Shown one piece after another: positions 50,852 to 52,643 of a stretch of DNA of 52,643 nt. The notes under the pieces are model-generated. The model was given only the letters and a program-made list of their open reading frames with translations. It was not told the DNA's origin and made no database searches. This DNA comes from an uncultured Dehalococcoidia bacterium (GTDB lineage: Bacteria > Chloroflexota > Dehalococcoidia > Lucifugimonadales > CAUZEB01): the NCBI GenBank assembly GCA_964431885.1, contig CAYSLK010000014.1, forward strand, positions 1 through 52,643, given 5' to 3'. A program made the position numbers and the translations under genes. Positions within the stretch are counted from its first letter, which is position 1, and every line of letters begins with the position of its first letter.

Positions 50852-51892
50852 CTACGGTATGGTTACCAATATTTTCCCAAAGAAATTTATGTCTTCCATC
50901 ATTTTATGTGCTTCAGGCACTTCTGTAAGTGGAAACGACTTATGAATGACACCACGTATCACTCCTTTACCAGCTAATTCAATAATCTGTCTCAGATCTT
51001 CATTACGACCCATAAAAGCTCCGAATATAGTCTGCTGCCTCAAAAATAACAACCCTATCTGTAAGTCAACTTTATAGCCAGATGTAGCACCACATATACC
51101 GTAACGACCGCCAATCGCCAATGAGGATGTAGCATCATGCCAAAAATCCGTACCCACGTGGTCTAGGACCACATCAACTCCTTTGCCGTCGGTTAATGCT
51201 CTCACTCTCTTTGCTACATTTTCCACTTTATAGTTAATAACTTCATCCGCACCCAAATCTCTGGCCTTATTCATCTTCTCATCCGTGCTGGTCGTGGTTA
51301 TCACTTTAGCTCCTATAACATTCTTTGCAACCTGTATACCTGCTGTGCCAACTCCACTGGACGCAGAAGGAATCAATACCGTTTCCCAGGGTTTGAGAAC
51401 AGCTTTCCTGAGCATAATAGACCAGCAAGGCAAAAAGACAGTTGGCATGGAAGCAGCCTGTTCATAACTCAAATTCGCTGGAAGCTGTACAACGTTAGAC
51501 GCCTCTACCGAAACATACTCCGCATAACCACCGTTAGTCGTTACGCCCAACATGCCGGAGTTTACACATAATTCGGGTTCACCTCTTATACAAAACGCAC
51601 ATTCAGTGCAGATTATTCTGGGGTTAACAACCACACGGTCCCCTATACCTACTCTGGAAACATTGGTCCCAATCTCGACAACTTCTCCCGCAACGTCACT
51701 ACCCAAGATATGCGGCCCATCAAAATTGAGTCTAGTGCCTCTCTGGCCCGCTCTGGTAAAGATATCAAGACGGTTTAGGGCACACGCTCTTACTTTGACT
51801 TTGACTTGGGTCGGTCCAGCATCAGGTTCGTCAACTTCGCCGTATACTAGAGTTTCAGTTCCACCATGTTTTACAATATATACTGCCTTCAC
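50852..51892 (-). CDS. Zinc-binding MDR alcohol dehydrogenase-like protein
   Basis: ALNRLD, ILGSDVAG, structural-Zn CxxCxxC-x7-C (CTECAFCIRGEPELC), GGYAEY, SASSGVG. Confidence 0.9.
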   Translation of the reverse strand: MKAVYIVKHGGTETLVYGEVDEPDAGPTQVKVKVRACALNRLDIFTRAGQRGTRLNFDGPHILGSDVAGEVVEIGTNVSRVGIGDRVVVNPRIICTECAFCIRGEPELCVNSGMLGVTTNGGYAEYVSVEASNVVQLPANLSYEQAASMPTVFLPCWSIMLRKAVLKPWETVLIPSASSGVGTAGIQVAKNVIGAKVITTTSTDEKMNKARDLGADEVINYKVENVAKRVRALTDGKGVDVVLDHVGTDFWHDATSSLAIGGRYGICGATSGYKVDLQIGLLFLRQQTIFGAFMGRNEDLRQIIELAGKGVIRGVIHKSFPLTEVPEAHKMMEDINFFGKILVTIP

Positions 51893-51913
51893 TCAACTAG
51901 TCCTCCTACCCAA

Positions 51914-52643
51914 TTAGACAACTAATGGCTTAATATTTGATGCGAAATGCTCCATACGGGATAAGGTGTTATCCAATTCGGCCTCACCAAACCTGAGCAT
52001 TAGTGTACGTACACCCAGTTCTTCAAAGGTTTTTATATCATCCGCTATCTCTGATGGATTGCCCGTAAAGCATCGTCGTTCACCGTCAGGCAATAATTCC
52101 TTTTCTTCATTGTACCAACTAGCACTGTACGCTAAATCGATCGTGTCAGGATTACGTCCAATCTTATTTGCATGCCCCCGTACACGAGACAAATAACTAG
52201 AGAATTCTGTAGGAGTTCCGACCGGAAAACGTGGGTTGCTTCCAATCGGATACCAGGCATCTCCTAGTTCAGCTGCTCTTCTAAGTGCTGGTGGGCTCTC
52301 TCCACCTATCCATATAGGCGGATGCGGTTTTTGTATTGGCTTTGGTGCGAATGTCACATCTGAGAAATTTGCGTATTTTCCTTGAAATCTTGGATTGTCT
52401 TTCGTCCATAATTCTTTGAAAACTCGAATGTACTCATCGCTTACAGCTCCACGTTCCTTATAGGGCGCAGTCCCTATAGCAGAAAATTCTTCTTCCATCC
52501 AGCCTACGCCACATCCAACGATCAGACGTCCCTCTGACAACACATCGATCGTAGCTAGAATTTTAGCTGTTAAGACGGGATTTCTATGAGGCAACACCAT
52601 GACTGAAGTTAGTAGTCTGACTTTCGTGGTAATTGCTGAAAGA
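51914..52643 (-). CDS. LLM-class, probably F420-dependent oxidoreductase; 5'-truncated by window edge
   Basis: MVLPHRNP, GVGWMEEEF, PKPIQKPHPPIWIGGES, GDAWYP; frame open to window end. Confidence 0.9.
   Translation of the reverse strand, partial: LSAITTKVRLLTSVMVLPHRNPVLTAKILATIDVLSEGRLIVGCGVGWMEEEFSAIGTAPYKERGAVSDEYIRVFKELWTKDNPRFQGKYANFSDVTFAPKPIQKPHPPIWIGGESPPALRRAAELGDAWYPIGSNPRFPVGTPTEFSSYLSRVRGHANKIGRNPDTIDLAYSASWYNEEKELLPDGERRCFTGNPSEIADDIKTFEELGVRTLMLRFGEAELDNTLSRMEHFASNIKPLVV

Noticed and set aside
79-52196. Numerous 60-130 aa ORFs antisense or out of frame within well-supported genes
   Set aside because: Shadow ORFs with no recognisable motifs, overlapped by confident CDSs
1-52643. 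CRISPR arrays, rRNA/tRNA genes, prophage, integrase/transposase or defence systems
   Set aside because: No spaced direct-repeat arrays, cloverleaf signatures or diagnostic proteins seen by eye; a tRNAscan/Infernal run would be needed to fully exclude small RNAs

Overview
AT-rich, gene-dense bacterial chromosome segment with about 45 protein-coding genes. I found no rRNA, tRNA, CRISPR array or intact transposase. The gene content includes three luciferase-like monooxygenase (LLM) genes, a tandem CaiB-type CoA-transferase, several SDRs, a PhyH dioxygenase, an amidase, a D-aminoacylase and a PPOX/F420-type protein, mixed with glyA, thrC, folE, tmk, pdxST/pdxR, gap, eno and two glnA genes. This resembles Dehalococcoidia/SAR202-type Chloroflexota (an inference from gene content only). 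Main highlights: (1) a mycothiol-like thiol biosynthesis cluster (mshA-like, mshD-like, PIG-L deacetylase) with no mshC in the window, flanked by an orphan PHP phosphatase (candidate for the unassigned MshA2 step) and an Acetyltransf_6/FemAB-like GNAT; (2) a SelW/Rdx selenoprotein missed by the ORF track (CVPU, UGA at 35230) with a SECIS-like hairpin; (3) a perfect 31-bp inverted repeat upstream of tmk; (4) an 11-bp-periodic GlnR-box-like array and a leader hairpin upstream of glnA; (5) an apparent AUU start codon. All product calls come from motifs read by eye, not database searches.
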